A DNA stretch of 63,948 nt, the filler included, from Sanchytrium tribonematis (taxonomy: Eukaryota): assembly GCA_018985235.1 (NCBI GenBank). It is 5 parts of 5 records of this genome, joined end to end, with 100 filler letters (N's around TTAATTAATTAA, not from the genome) between each part and the next. Parts side by side here need not be neighbours in the genome. Positions count along the whole stretch, not along the records: positions 25,897 to 38,660 come from JADGIG010000210.1; positions 38,761 to 51,353 come from JADGIG010000211.1; 3 more parts are not named here. The stretch is one strand, 5' to 3'. The position numbers and the translations under genes are program-made. Positions 36,428 through 47,304 of this stretch are shown one piece after another. The notes beneath the pieces are model-generated. The model was not told the DNA's origin. It saw only the letters and a list, made by a program, of their open reading frames with translations, and did not search any database. Within the stretch, counting starts at the first letter, position 1. Each line of letters begins with the position of its first letter.

Positions 36428-38660
36428 TTATTTATATGCATTGATTCCCAAACACGTACTCATATTTACAAAAGTATAGCCATAACTTTTAAATAAATTC
36501 ACAATATTGTCAAATTGGTCAACACAAGGATAACTAAATCAATTAAAATTACTGAATATCATGGCATAAAATGATGTGCCCACTCTGTGTATCACTTAAA
36601 AATGCATTTTGAATATTGGTAAATGCTTGTGGATAGTTATTTGGGGCTTTCCAATCATTTGAATCCACATCCCACACAATCGGCAAATATCCCAATTCGT
36701 ACCATCTATTCATTCCACGCTGATCAAATGATCCAAAAGGAGGTCTGAAGAAATATGGTTTTTTACCTCCCAAATTCTTTACCATTAAATTGTACGTGGT
36801 GTTCATGTCCACATCAAAATTGTGTAAATTTTGGACTAAAAATTGACTATCTGTGTGATTATATGTGTGATGCGCGACTTCATGACCAGCCTTCCACGTA
36901 CGATTAAAAACATCTTGATTATTAATGAGATTGTAACCAGATGTGAAGAATGTTGCTGTGATGTTCCAATATTTCAATTTACCCAAAATGATATCTGTGT
37001 TTGTTTTGTGCGGTCCATCATCAAATGTCAAAGCAACTTGTTTGTCATTCACACATTTTGAAAGTGGTTCTTCCATGGCTCCAGGTACGATGTAGGGTTC
37101 AGCACCAGCACATAACCAACCACAAAAATAATTAGAGTAACAAGCTGTGACACCCAAAGTACATTCACCAAATATAGAACAACAATAATACGCATCACAT
37201 CCTTGATTTTTATATTTTGGACCACATTGTGCATTTTTAGCAGTTGCAGAGACTTGTGTGGTGTTGGTGCTTCCAAATATTTGACTGGTTGGAATTGGAA
37301 TGGTGTAATCATATCCTGTATTCAGACCCAAGCAAGTTTTCATATCTACAAACGTGTATCCTTTGGTTTTAAATAATTGAATAATGGCAGGGAGGGCATC
37401 TAAACAAGGCTGGGAATAACCACTACAACTGAAAATATGACCAGAAGTTGAATCTGCATTTAATTGAGAAACAACAGCATTGTAAATAGTCACATTGGTT
37501 GCACCTGCAGCCCAGTCATTGGCATCTACATCTAAATTGACGACCCAATATCCCATTTGATTCCAATGCGTGATTGTCGGTTTGTCAAATCCATTGTAAT
37601 TTGGGCGAATAAATGGTAATGCACGATTGTGGGTAGTGGTTTGATAAAATTCACGTGTATTGTTGGTGGCTGTCTCAAAGTTGGTAACATTTTTAATCTG
37701 TCCGCTGACTGTATCTAATTTCCAACTGACATGCATTGCAATGGTGTGGCCTTGTTTGGCCAAATTCAAAGTGTCTCTGGGGTAGAAATAAGCGGATGAA
37801 CCTGTCAAGAAAAAGGTGCCACTAATATTATTTTGATTCAAAATAGCTCCAGTGGGTTTAAGCAAATTGGAAGGGCCATCATCAAAGGTGAGTGCAACTT
37901 GTTTGGATTTCGTGCACTGTGTAATTATCTGACTTTGACTTGGGACAGATCGAGGTGGCATGGAGACGGTAGTCGCAGCTGCTGCTGCAGAAGATGTTTT
38001 ACTAGCACTAACAGTAGCAGATGTTGCACCCGATGCAGGCTTGGTAGCAGCAGGAGATGTTGAAGCTGCACTATATGCAGTAGTCTGGGCTGCACTTTTA
38101 CCAGCAGAAGAAACGCTTGGGGACTGAGTTGCAGATTTCCCATCACTGGATTGTGGGAGAGAACCAGAGCTCTTTGCCTGACCAGGAATGGAAGTTTGAC
38201 CTTCACTTTGAGAGCTTACTATTTGACCATCTGTGGTTAAAACAACTTCGTGGGTCGTATCTTTGTATAATAAGCTAGTTGCGTTCAAAATAGCACTTGT
38301 AGTAGGTTGAAATACATGAGTAGCAGGAAACTGAGTTCGTTTTTGACCTAAACACTCACTTAAGGAGACAAAACGAAATGCTTTTGTCTTCAAATAAGCA
38401 ACAATTTGACGTACAGATTGCTTAAAAAATGTTTCATCGTTTCCTTGCAAAATTGAACCTCGCGCAAAACTAATGCTTCCAATGATTTGATCTAACAAAA
38501 GTTCGCGGTCACCAGTCAAAGGAAATGTAATCAAATTGTCTACTACTTTCAATTGAAAAGAAGCAGCTATGTTGATTTGATCCGGTGTTAACGATCCTAA
38601 AATCGCACTTGGCAAAATATTTGCGGCTGACTGAAATCTAGAAACTTCTAATTGTACATC
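36428..38660 (-). CDS. Chitin/polysaccharide deacetylase with two NodB domains and a hevein-like (CBM18) module; 5'-truncated; last exon 36533-36428
   Basis: Two VALTFDDGP motifs, HHTYNH, FFRPPFG, WDVDSNDW; CGP...CCSIFGEC; splicing restores HDIH and KSYGYTFVNMSTCLG. Confidence 0.92.
36534..36552 (-). other. 19-nt intron in deacetylase: GTAATTTTAATTGATTTAG
   Basis: Removal joins CA|T to give the NodB motif LCHDIH plus a C-terminus matching the first domain (KGYTFVDMKTCLG). Confidence 0.9.
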
Positions 38661-38760
38661 NNNNNNNNNNNNNNNNNNNNNNNNNNNNNNNNNNNNNNNN
38701 NNNNTTAATTAATTAANNNNNNNNNNNNNNNNNNNNNNNNNNNNNNNNNNNNNNNNNNNN

Positions 38761-40107
38761 CTGATCGAAGCTGATCAAGTTAAATTCCTTCAACGTGTCA
38801 CTGTCCATATTAAGACGAGTTTCATCGGAAATATCAATTTTACAATTATCATTCCGGAAATAATCAAGGTCGATTTTATCAATTTTTTTAAACTGGGGCG
38901 GATCCACAAAGGGGCCCGAAAATCTGAGCAAAATCCAAATCAAATTTGAATTGAAGTTTTCCCCACAGAAGGAGCTATGATCAACAATTTCAGTTTGATT
39001 TCTCTTGTGATTATAGGCGACAAAGGTACTTACATAAGTTAAAAAAGCTGTTTTTGAACTAGAAGAGGCTTTTATCAAAGAAAGACAAATGCTGTGAAGT
39101 CTATTGACTATTGTGTTAAACACAAACGTCCTTTGGAGACGCTTACTAGATTCAACTTCTTCGTATTTTGAAGCATAAATATGACCAAGATAGTGTCTAG
39201 CACCCAACCCATTTGTGTCCTGAATATCCTGAAGCTCTGGGTCGGGTATGCGATAGTCCGGAGGAGGGGGCATAGATCTCAGGGACTGGATCAATGAAAG
39301 AAATAAATTCTTATTGCTTGTTTTTTCTGGGAGCATCCCGAATCGAACCAGAGAACCTATAATAGTTTTTTCAAATTTGTCTCTAATCGAGTTTAGTTTA
39401 ATTGTATTTTTGGGAGCTTCCAAATTCTCCCCAAAAATTTGATTTGCGAATTCCATCATGTTGCTCACTGGCGTTTGATTGTTTTGTTCCTCCTCTGGAA
39501 CTAGATCTATCGTAGGTATTGGTTGAGAAATTTCTTTGATTCCATCCGGGAAAAAGCAAGGCAATTCATGAACGATTGGTAAAACATCTGGCTCGCATAT
39601 TTTCTCCAAAAGTAAATCGTAAATATTAAGCGCACTGAATTCTGAATCGCCCCATTTAAATGTACTTCCGAGGTCTAATAATGAATCGTATGGAAGTTCC
39701 GATAAAATTGATATTATTGCCTTGAAAAATAAATTATTGATATAATTGGGATTTTCTGTATTTTTAAGAAATTGTTTAAGCATTTTTTCAAAGGTAACAT
39801 CTATTTTAATCATTTGCCCTTTAAGATCGAAAGCAGACGTGGTAGCGAAAGAACCATGTAGGCTATAGCCATTTGATTTTACAATTCTCGGTATAAGTTT
39901 GTTCGTTCGTTCGCTGAGAATCAATCCAACAAGATTTTGAAAGACTTTATCGTCAGAAATTTCTAAGCAACTCATCCAAATGTTGAAGGCTTGGACGGAT
40001 TCACCAATAGCTCCAATGTTGGTCCGGAGATAAATCCATCCTGCCGTACTTGGGCACTCACTAACAATACTTAATAAGTTGCTAGTCAAATCTTCCACTT
40101 CGGACAT
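38761..40107 (-). CDS. UFD2: Ubiquitin conjugation factor E4, N-terminal part (3'-truncated)
   Basis: NLIWILLRFSGPFVD..KIDKIDLDYF..IDISDETRLN. Confidence 0.8.
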
Positions 40108-40136
40108 TCCTTTGTTGCAAAAAATAACTGAAACTC

Positions 40137-40397
40137 TTAATTAGATTTATTTGTTGGAATCGGGGCCTCATCCCTAGTGTGTCGCAGCCAATTCTGCCAC
40201 GACACTGGTATTTTCTTCGATTCGTCAAATGCATTGTGCAAATTTTCCATACTATTTTCATTGGCGTTTTTATTTCCGTACTCAACAAATCTAGTCGTTC
40301 TTCCGGAAATTTTAACACGTCTTGACTCATAATACGTATTGTTCAGATGATCTTTTCCAATTTGTCGATAAATCAATAGTTTGAAAAATTTAAACAT
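40137..40397 (-). CDS. NDUFA12/NDUFAF2-family complex I protein
   Basis: IGKDHLNNTYYE, RFVEY, IPVSWQNWLRHTRDEAP. Confidence 0.85.
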   Translation of the reverse strand: MFKFFKLLIYRQIGKDHLNNTYYESRRVKISGRTTRFVEYGNKNANENSMENLHNAFDESKKIPVSWQNWLRHTRDEAPIPTNKSN

Positions 40398-40439
40398 CGC
40401 TCGCTCAAATTGCGGGTGAGGTTAGGAGAATTTCCCAAA

Positions 40440-42140
40440 ATGACAAAGGAAAAGCATCATTATCATAGCAAGCAGCAACATCAATTGCTGAAAATGTACA
40501 ACAGTAAGCCCATTGTTTCTGGAGACGGGAAAATCATAAAAGCAGCCCCTTTTCAATCAACAAGTGCCGCACACAAAGCAAAAATTCATCCCTCGCTCAA
40601 ATGGTTTACCAATACACGAACAGTCAAGCAAGCTAAATTACAAGAAATCCATGAGACCCAGAAGAAATTAGCTGAAGAAAAAGAAAAAGGAAACTATTCA
40701 GTATTAATGAACAAGATGCAATTGCCAATGAATTTATTATTAGACACAAAAACCACCAAAAGAGATCTGAACTTTGGAGATGCATACCTCAGCAAGAAGA
40801 GGGATCTAGGCGATGTTCAAGATATTCTTAAGAGAGCAGAAAGAAATGAAGCTAAACCTGAGCAAGAAAAGGAAAGCGATTATTTAATGAAAACAAATCA
40901 TATATTACGTAAAGGCTCTTCCAATCGTATCTATCAAGAGTTATATAAAGTCATGGATAGCAGTGATGTGATTTTGCATGTTCTCGATGCCAGGGATCCA
41001 TTGGGTACTTTTGTTCAGTCTGTGATGAATTATGTTGAAGAGAAACCGCATAAGCATGTCGTTTTTATTCTAAACAAAGCCGATTTAATTCCAACATACA
41101 TGACCCGACAATGGATTCACTATTTTGGAAAAAAAGGTCCAACAATTGCATTTCATGCACATCCAACAAAATCATTCGGGAAGGGGTCATTAATCCAGTT
41201 GCTTCGACAATATGTTCAGATATATTTAAAAATGAATAGGCAACAGCTCAGTGTAGGGGTTGTTGGCTATCCGAACACCGGCAAATCGAGTTTGATTAAT
41301 ACGCTTAGAGGTAAAAAAGTTTGTACCGTTGCTCCAATTGCTGGGGAAACTAAAGTCTGGCAATACATCACTCTTATGAAAAAAATCTACTTAATCGATT
41401 GTCCTGGCATTGTATATCAAAACCAGAATGATGTAGATGTAGTTATGAAGGGTGTTTGCAGAGTGGAACAGCTCGATGACCCTGTCATTTACATTCCTAA
41501 TGTGATTGAAAGAGTCAAAAAGCAGTATCTTTTGAAGACCTACGGTCTTGAAAATTTTAATGATTCTGAAGATTTTTTGACTCAAATAGGAAAAAAATCT
41601 GGAAGATTGCTAAAAGGTGGAGTTGCAGATCTTAGGACAGTTAGTATGATGGTTCTTAATGATTTTATGAGAGGTAAAATTCCATGGTTTGTCACCGTAC
41701 CTGGCTCAGAAGAGCTTTCAGCAGAGGAACTTGAGAAAAAGTCTAAAAAGGTTGATCAGCCAAAGGTAGACCAAATTTTCAGTAAAATTCAAGTGAGGGA
41801 AGAGTTCTCAGAGGCGCCAAAGGAATCAGAAAAAGCGGAAGAATTGAATGTGGTTGACTGGGATAATGTATTTCAAGAAATGGTGGGGGAAACACAGGTT
41901 GATTTGCAGGTCATGGAAGATGACCCTTTCAGTGACCACGATTCTGTCTTAGAAGACGATTTCAAGACTGCGACTGATAATGCAGACAAACAGGATTTAA
42001 AGAAAAACTTTTACGACAAAGTGAGTGTAAAAAATAGAAACAGACCAAAGATGAATTTTAGTCACCAAGTGCAAGAACGCCGAGGCGAGTTGCGTAAGAG
42101 ACTTCCCGGAAAAACCAGAATACAGAAGAAAAAGAAGTAA
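40440..42140 (+). CDS. NOG2: Nucleolar GTPase Nog2
   Basis: KWFTNTRTV, RIYQELYKVMDSSDV, GYPNTGKSS, ETKVWQYITLMKKIYLIDCPG. Confidence 0.96.
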   Translation: MTKEKHHYHSKQQHQLLKMYNSKPIVSGDGKIIKAAPFQSTSAAHKAKIHPSLKWFTNTRTVKQAKLQEIHETQKKLAEEKEKGNYSVLMNKMQLPMNLLLDTKTTKRDLNFGDAYLSKKRDLGDVQDILKRAERNEAKPEQEKESDYLMKTNHILRKGSSNRIYQELYKVMDSSDVILHVLDARDPLGTFVQSVMNYVEEKPHKHVVFILNKADLIPTYMTRQWIHYFGKKGPTIAFHAHPTKSFGKGSLIQLLRQYVQIYLKMNRQQLSVGVVGYPNTGKSSLINTLRGKKVCTVAPIAGETKVWQYITLMKKIYLIDCPGIVYQNQNDVDVVMKGVCRVEQLDDPVIYIPNVIERVKKQYLLKTYGLENFNDSEDFLTQIGKKSGRLLKGGVADLRTVSMMVLNDFMRGKIPWFVTVPGSEELSAEELEKKSKKVDQPKVDQIFSKIQVREEFSEAPKESEKAEELNVVDWDNVFQEMVGETQVDLQVMEDDPFSDHDSVLEDDFKTATDNADKQDLKKNFYDKVSVKNRNRPKMNFSHQVQERRGELRKRLPGKTRIQKKKK

Positions 42141-42141
42141 A

Positions 42142-42435
42142 TCAATTTACTAGATTTTGCAATATTTTGCAGGTCTTGTACAAATCGTAGAGTAAGGAAC
42201 GGCAAACCCTAACCTTTTTAATCTTGCAGATTTCTTTGGCCTTGGGCTCCAATTTTGATACTTCGATGTAGTGCGCTTTCATCAATTCTAATACAGACAT
42301 AAATTCCATTTCTTGTTTTTCAAAAGTAGAAACTTTTTCATCTTCATCGATATTTTCGAACTTGAGGTCTTCTAGGATATCCATAATAGAATTTATGTGG
42401 TCCCTGATGTTATCCAAAAGATCATCGTATCCCAA
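42142..42435 (-). CDS. Hypothetical small protein; 5' end unresolved (no in-frame ATG)
   Basis: Open frame filling the gap between NOG2 and RAD17. Confidence 0.35.
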   Translation of the reverse strand: MGYDDLLDNIRDHINSIMDILEDLKFENIDEDEKVSTFEKQEMEFMSVLELMKAHYIEVSKLEPKAKEICKIKKVRVCRSLLYDLYKTCKILQNLVN

Positions 42436-42521
42436 TTTGGCTTTAATGTCTCTCTTTATATTTTTTTGAAGATTAGTAATTGGAATTAAAAACAGTTGAA
42501 TCGTCGAAAGACGCTAATTTA

Positions 42522-43490
42522 TTATTCTTCATCTTCAATTGAATCGTCGTCAGAAAATGTCACTGGTTTGGGTATTGACTTGAGTTTCTTTTCAAAGACA
42601 GAATTTTTGCCACAGACTCCAGTTTGGATTTTAAAAGGATTTACAAGAATTTCTTCCAAACTACCTTTTCGAAATTTCGAATGCATTAAATTAAGCTCAT
42701 CGAGATACAAATTATTAATGGTATCCAATTCTAATTGATTTAACAGAGCTGTGTTATTAGAACACCAGTCAAGTGTTTCCACGATGTCCTCGAATTCAAC
42801 AAAAGATGAAACGCAATTATATTGGATATATGGAATTACTAAATATGGGTGGTAATGTCTTACATTTTTAGGGAGACTTCCGCAAAGCAAAAATGTGCAA
42901 TATTCCGATAGACTCATCAACAAATCACTCTCTGGACATAAATTATTTTGATAAGCTATAATAAATTGACGTATGTCACCTTGTGCATATTTAAAATATT
43001 TTTCAAGCGCTTTTGTCGTGATTTTAAGGCCTAAGTTGGCTTCTAATGCGGCTTTTAATTGTGTATTTGGAGTGGGATTCATGTAAATAATATTTGCACC
43101 ATCTATTTTGTACTTGTGTAGCTCATACGGATCGCGAAGCGATGTATTGTATATTATAACAACCTTTTTGTTTGCCATTTGAATGACTTTGTGAAATTTC
43201 AGTACTTGATTAGGAGTCCAAAGAGGTGGTAGATCTTCTATCAGCAGAACAGCTTTGTTTTGAAACAATGCGGCTTCTCTTATTTGTGTCAAGTATTCTT
43301 CAAATAATAGTTTTGAATCTGAAAAATCAAAATCAGTTGCATTAGTTGTAATCTCAATCAGTCCCGGGCACAAATGCTTAATTAATTCTGTTTTTCCACA
43401 CCCACTTGGTCCGCATAGTAATATTATTTTGGATTTTTCGAGTGCTAATTTAATTTGTTGTACTTTAGAAGGATGAACAGCGAGTTTCAT
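42522..43490 (-). CDS. RAD17: Rad17/Rad24-like checkpoint clamp-loader AAA+ subunit (short)
   Basis: LAVHPSKV, IILLCGPSGCGKT, LLIEDLP, GDIRQ. Confidence 0.8.
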   Translation of the reverse strand: MKLAVHPSKVQQIKLALEKSKIILLCGPSGCGKTELIKHLCPGLIEITTNATDFDFSDSKLLFEEYLTQIREAALFQNKAVLLIEDLPPLWTPNQVLKFHKVIQMANKKVVIIYNTSLRDPYELHKYKIDGANIIYMNPTPNTQLKAALEANLGLKITTKALEKYFKYAQGDIRQFIIAYQNNLCPESDLLMSLSEYCTFLLCGSLPKNVRHYHPYLVIPYIQYNCVSSFVEFEDIVETLDWCSNNTALLNQLELDTINNLYLDELNLMHSKFRKGSLEEILVNPFKIQTGVCGKNSVFEKKLKSIPKPVTFSDDDSIEDEE

Positions 43491-43522
43491 GGGAAATATA
43501 CAAAAGAATAAAATATTTATTT

Positions 43523-44410
43523 CTACTGCAAATTGCCTCTGAATGTATGATGAAAGTCCAAAACATCCTTAGTAATGTCTTGGCATCTCTCAATGGATTT
43601 TTTAATCCAATAAGACATATCTGGAGCATCTCTTAACATCATGTACATAACTCTTAAATTATCATTTAATCTTGTAATTAAATTGGCAACAGTAGGTTGA
43701 TCAGCATAAGGTTGAGCAGGTTGGTGCATTTGCTCAGGTTCTTGAACCATAACTGGTTGCGGTGACATCATTGGAGAAGGTGCCACTGTGCTTGGAGAGT
43801 GTGGATGATTAACTTGTAAATTTTCCAATGATGTTGTTACCGACAAAGCTGGGGTTCCCTGGGATGAATCAATTCGAGGGGATTTTGGAGGCTGGACTCT
43901 GTCAAGAGATTGTAATGGTTTACGTTTTCGACCGATAAGAGCATCGATTTCGATAGGAGAGCTAACAGGACAGGACATTTGATTTTGTATCAAGAATTGG
44001 TTTTGCTCAAATACGGTTTGTCTCAAAATATCAATATATTGACGAGTACAATCAACCAGCTGATGACGACTAATTTTGTCATTCATTCGTGCTGTGTCTT
44101 TGGTAAGGTTGTACACAATTTCTGGCGGAATTAAGTCGCGAAAAGAATCAATAGCTAAGTTCAATTGCTCCCGTCGCTTTTTTTCCTGTAAATTTCTACG
44201 CTTTTTTCGACTATCATCTTCATTGGCACCAGAACCGTAAGAGCTGTCGCTCATATATGGTTCAAATGGCGAAGGAACTCTCAAGTATTCTTGTTGGTTC
44301 TGAGATTGGGTGGCTGCAGGGCCGTTGCCATAAAATCCATCAAAGGAATTGTAATCGCCAAAGATATTAGGATCGTAGATTTGATAATCACCTTTTTGAT
44401 TTTGATTCAT
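43523..44410 (-). CDS. bHLH transcription factor
   Basis: RRNLQEKKRREQLNLAIDSFRDLIP...KISRHQLVDCTRQYIDIL; start at 44410 or 44479. Confidence 0.8.
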   Translation of the reverse strand: MNQNQKGDYQIYDPNIFGDYNSFDGFYGNGPAATQSQNQQEYLRVPSPFEPYMSDSSYGSGANEDDSRKKRRNLQEKKRREQLNLAIDSFRDLIPPEIVYNLTKDTARMNDKISRHQLVDCTRQYIDILRQTVFEQNQFLIQNQMSCPVSSPIEIDALIGRKRKPLQSLDRVQPPKSPRIDSSQGTPALSVTTSLENLQVNHPHSPSTVAPSPMMSPQPVMVQEPEQMHQPAQPYADQPTVANLITRLNDNLRVMYMMLRDAPDMSYWIKKSIERCQDITKDVLDFHHTFRGNLQ

Positions 44411-44470
44411 TTTCGGTAGTTTCACAAGGGGAAGTTCGACGTCTTTTGTAACAATTTCTGTACCACTTTT

Positions 44471-45103
44471 ATGGATCACATCGTCAATTTACCGGAAATT
44501 GTGATAGAATTGATTTTCATCTACTCTGGCAACTCTAATTTTTCAATTATCTGCAAAAAAATTCACTCAATTTTAAAACCTTCGTTGTACAATATCAAGT
44601 TGTACTCAAAGCGGTTTAAGTGTCGTTGTGATGCTTTGAGAAACCTTATAAAACTTCGCTGTTTCAATCCAGAAATTGCAGAATATTTGACTCTACAGAA
44701 TTGTCACAACTGTAATTCAAGTAATATGCCTATCTTGGGGTATAATATTCCATACAGTCTTTTTTGGTCCAAAATATCCACAAAATTGGTAAATTTAGGC
44801 GGAGTCAAATATCATGATTCTCTTTTTGCGAAGGCGATTGAAAAGGCTGATCTTCGTTGCATCAAAAAGGCTAGAAAGCATTTAAGAGTTCCCGCTCACC
44901 AGATTATAAAGTACCTTGAGAAACTTAATGTTACAAGCTCGTCAATTTCTGTTCACTCTGCCTTGAAGCGCTTAAATTTGCCGACTCAGAATTTAAAAAT
45001 GACAAAATATTTAATTAAACAACTTTCTGACCGTGATGCTTTGAGGATTGCATTTCAAGTCTTAAATATACCCCAACATCTAGCTTATGATGAAGACCCT
45101 TAA
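44471..45103 (+). CDS. Protein with N-terminal F-box-like motif
   Basis: IVNLPEIVIELIFIY...ICKK. Confidence 0.55.
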   Translation: MDHIVNLPEIVIELIFIYSGNSNFSIICKKIHSILKPSLYNIKLYSKRFKCRCDALRNLIKLRCFNPEIAEYLTLQNCHNCNSSNMPILGYNIPYSLFWSKISTKLVNLGGVKYHDSLFAKAIEKADLRCIKKARKHLRVPAHQIIKYLEKLNVTSSSISVHSALKRLNLPTQNLKMTKYLIKQLSDRDALRIAFQVLNIPQHLAYDEDP

Positions 45104-45149
45104 ATAAAATCCTAATATATTTTCAAATATTTTTTCATACATTAAGGCA

Positions 45150-47298
45150 ATGAGTTTGAATGTGATCCTTTCCACAAAGGTAGCTCCAGAGTCTGATTAT
45201 TTTATACAGCAATGTAAAGAAGTGGATATTCTTAGTTCAAACCTTCACAAAAACCGTATTTGTCGCCTCACTGATATATGTTTGATACAACAGGCTCAAA
45301 TGGTACGTGAGGCCATAGGTAATCATTCTGCTGGAGCCATACTAGAAATGTATGCCAAGCATTTTGAGTTTCCGACAAAAGGCAAATTTTTGAAAGGAAG
45401 CCACTATGACTTTTGGACTTATGATTATGATTACTACAAGTCCACGATGGAAGATGAATATATGAATGTAAAAGATGAGCCTTTTCATAAATGGTCTATA
45501 GAAGATTTAAGCTGCCAGGAACTGCTGATTTTGCTTCGAGATCTTCAAAGGAAAGTAATAATTTATACTGGAAATTATTTTGTAGCAAAATCATTATTTT
45601 ATTTATTACGCAACTTACACTATATATCGCACAAGTTCTCTTTGATTTTAGATCAAAATGAAGAATCCAGAAAAAATTATTGCTGCGATCCATACGGATG
45701 TTTTATTACTTGGAGAGATGATTTTAATGAGCTCTCGTCCTCTAATAATGTAATTATACTATTGAAAGAACCACCGCATCTCAAGTGGCAGCAAGACACT
45801 TATATCATTATCAATGCGGCAATATCTTTGAAAGATTTGGGGTTTCTTTATAACCCAGAAATAGAAGATGGAGAAATTGCCATAGCGAAGCCAAAATATC
45901 CTCGTAAAATCAGCGATGATAGAAAAGTTGTACTTGATAAAGCCAACTTAGTCGAATCCATGATTCAAAGTACATATTTATCACAAGATTGTACTTTTAA
46001 CAAAGTTAAGGCATCTTTAATGGATTTCAAAAATTATTCTTTATTTAATTTTAAAAAATCTAAACTAGGTTTGATAACAGAGCAAATCAGCTCTAAAATT
46101 GCAATGGAGAATGATATAGTTCATTCTACTATTGAATTGAATAAAAGTGACTTAGATTTGATTAAGCAGTTCCAAGATTTTACGGGTTTAACTGGCTTGG
46201 TAATTCTTGAAAATGATACTATTAGCTATTTAGAAATGAGAAGATTTATCTTGAAAAAAACAGATTTAGTAACGTTTTTGATGGGATTACTCGATCTAAC
46301 AAAAACTCATAATCATGACCACGCCTATTGGCTTCGCAATATTGTCGCAACTGTGGAAGGAGAGCCAAATCTACATGTCATAGAAGAATTAGTTGAATTC
46401 GATCCTTTTCTACAAATAGATGGCAAATTCTATATCGAAGAATTTTCCAAGAAATACAATCGGGCACTAAAATTCAAAAGTGGATCCATGGTTAAATTGA
46501 GAAATACACAGACTGGAGTAATTAAAATTCAATCCCCAGAAATTGTGATACCACAAGACATTACAATTAAAGATTTGGAGCTATTGTCTAAATTGTATCC
46601 ACAAATTGAAGAAATTCAAGAACTCAATGACTTTTTAAAGAAAAAAGACTTGCAATATTCTGTAGAATACATACATGGTTTCGGGGATATCTCTCGTCTT
46701 GCTGGTAATTGTATAAATGAAGTTTTAAATGTAAATGAGGAAAATTTATTTGGAATAGGTTATTGCTGGATTTATTCAAGATATAAGCCAAAATTCAATA
46801 CGGCTGTATCTCCCATCAATGAATATGTGAAGAATTTCATAAAATCACATATTCCCGATATAATACTAGAGGAAAATTGTGAAATTCCAGTTGTTGATTC
46901 CAACTTATTCTCTAAGCTTATGCTGTACAAATTGTTTATTGATGAAGACATTGGTATTATGGATTAACATAGAAAAGTTGACGTCGGTTTCATTCGAAAA
47001 CGCCGAACTTATACCATATATATTTGGAGCGTTGAATTTTATTGATTTTCAAACAATTTTTATACCCTGGGTAAAATCTCAAACATTTAAATTTGATTCT
47101 GACTCATATATTGAATTGTTTCTTAGAAAAAACAATATCAAAAATTCAATGTTGAATTTGGAAGGAAGTAATTTTGAATATAAAATAAAATTGAGCGGTA
47201 AAATTGTGAGTAAGGGGAAATCAGTCGAAGAAGTCAAAAATCGCTTTTGCGAGAGCATAAATCAATGGACTGGATTCGATAGAAACTTTTCCTTGTAA
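45150..47298 (+). CDS. Putative highly degenerate Dicer-like protein, two exons (45150-46953, 46973-47298), 709 aa
   Basis: Ordered weak resemblances to helicase-C (KVIIYTGNYFVAKSLFYLL), PAZ (FSKKYNRAL...SPEIVIP), RNase III remnants (EYIHGFGD; YIFGALNF) and dsRBD (KIVSKGKSVEEVKNRFC); coding status solid, identity tentative. Confidence 0.5.
46954..46972 (+). other. 19-nt intron: GTATTATGGATTAACATAG
   Basis: Removal joins G|AA and fuses the 605-aa ORF in frame to the downstream ORF, which has no own ATG near its start; fits the intron consensus. Confidence 0.8.
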
Positions 47299-47304
47299 AT
47301 AAAT

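Noticed and set aside
42454..42493. Possible 40-nt intron containing TACTAAT that would give ORF 42142-42435 an ATG
   Set aside because: Weak GTTTTT donor, AAG acceptor, start overlapping the RAD17 end and no homology support
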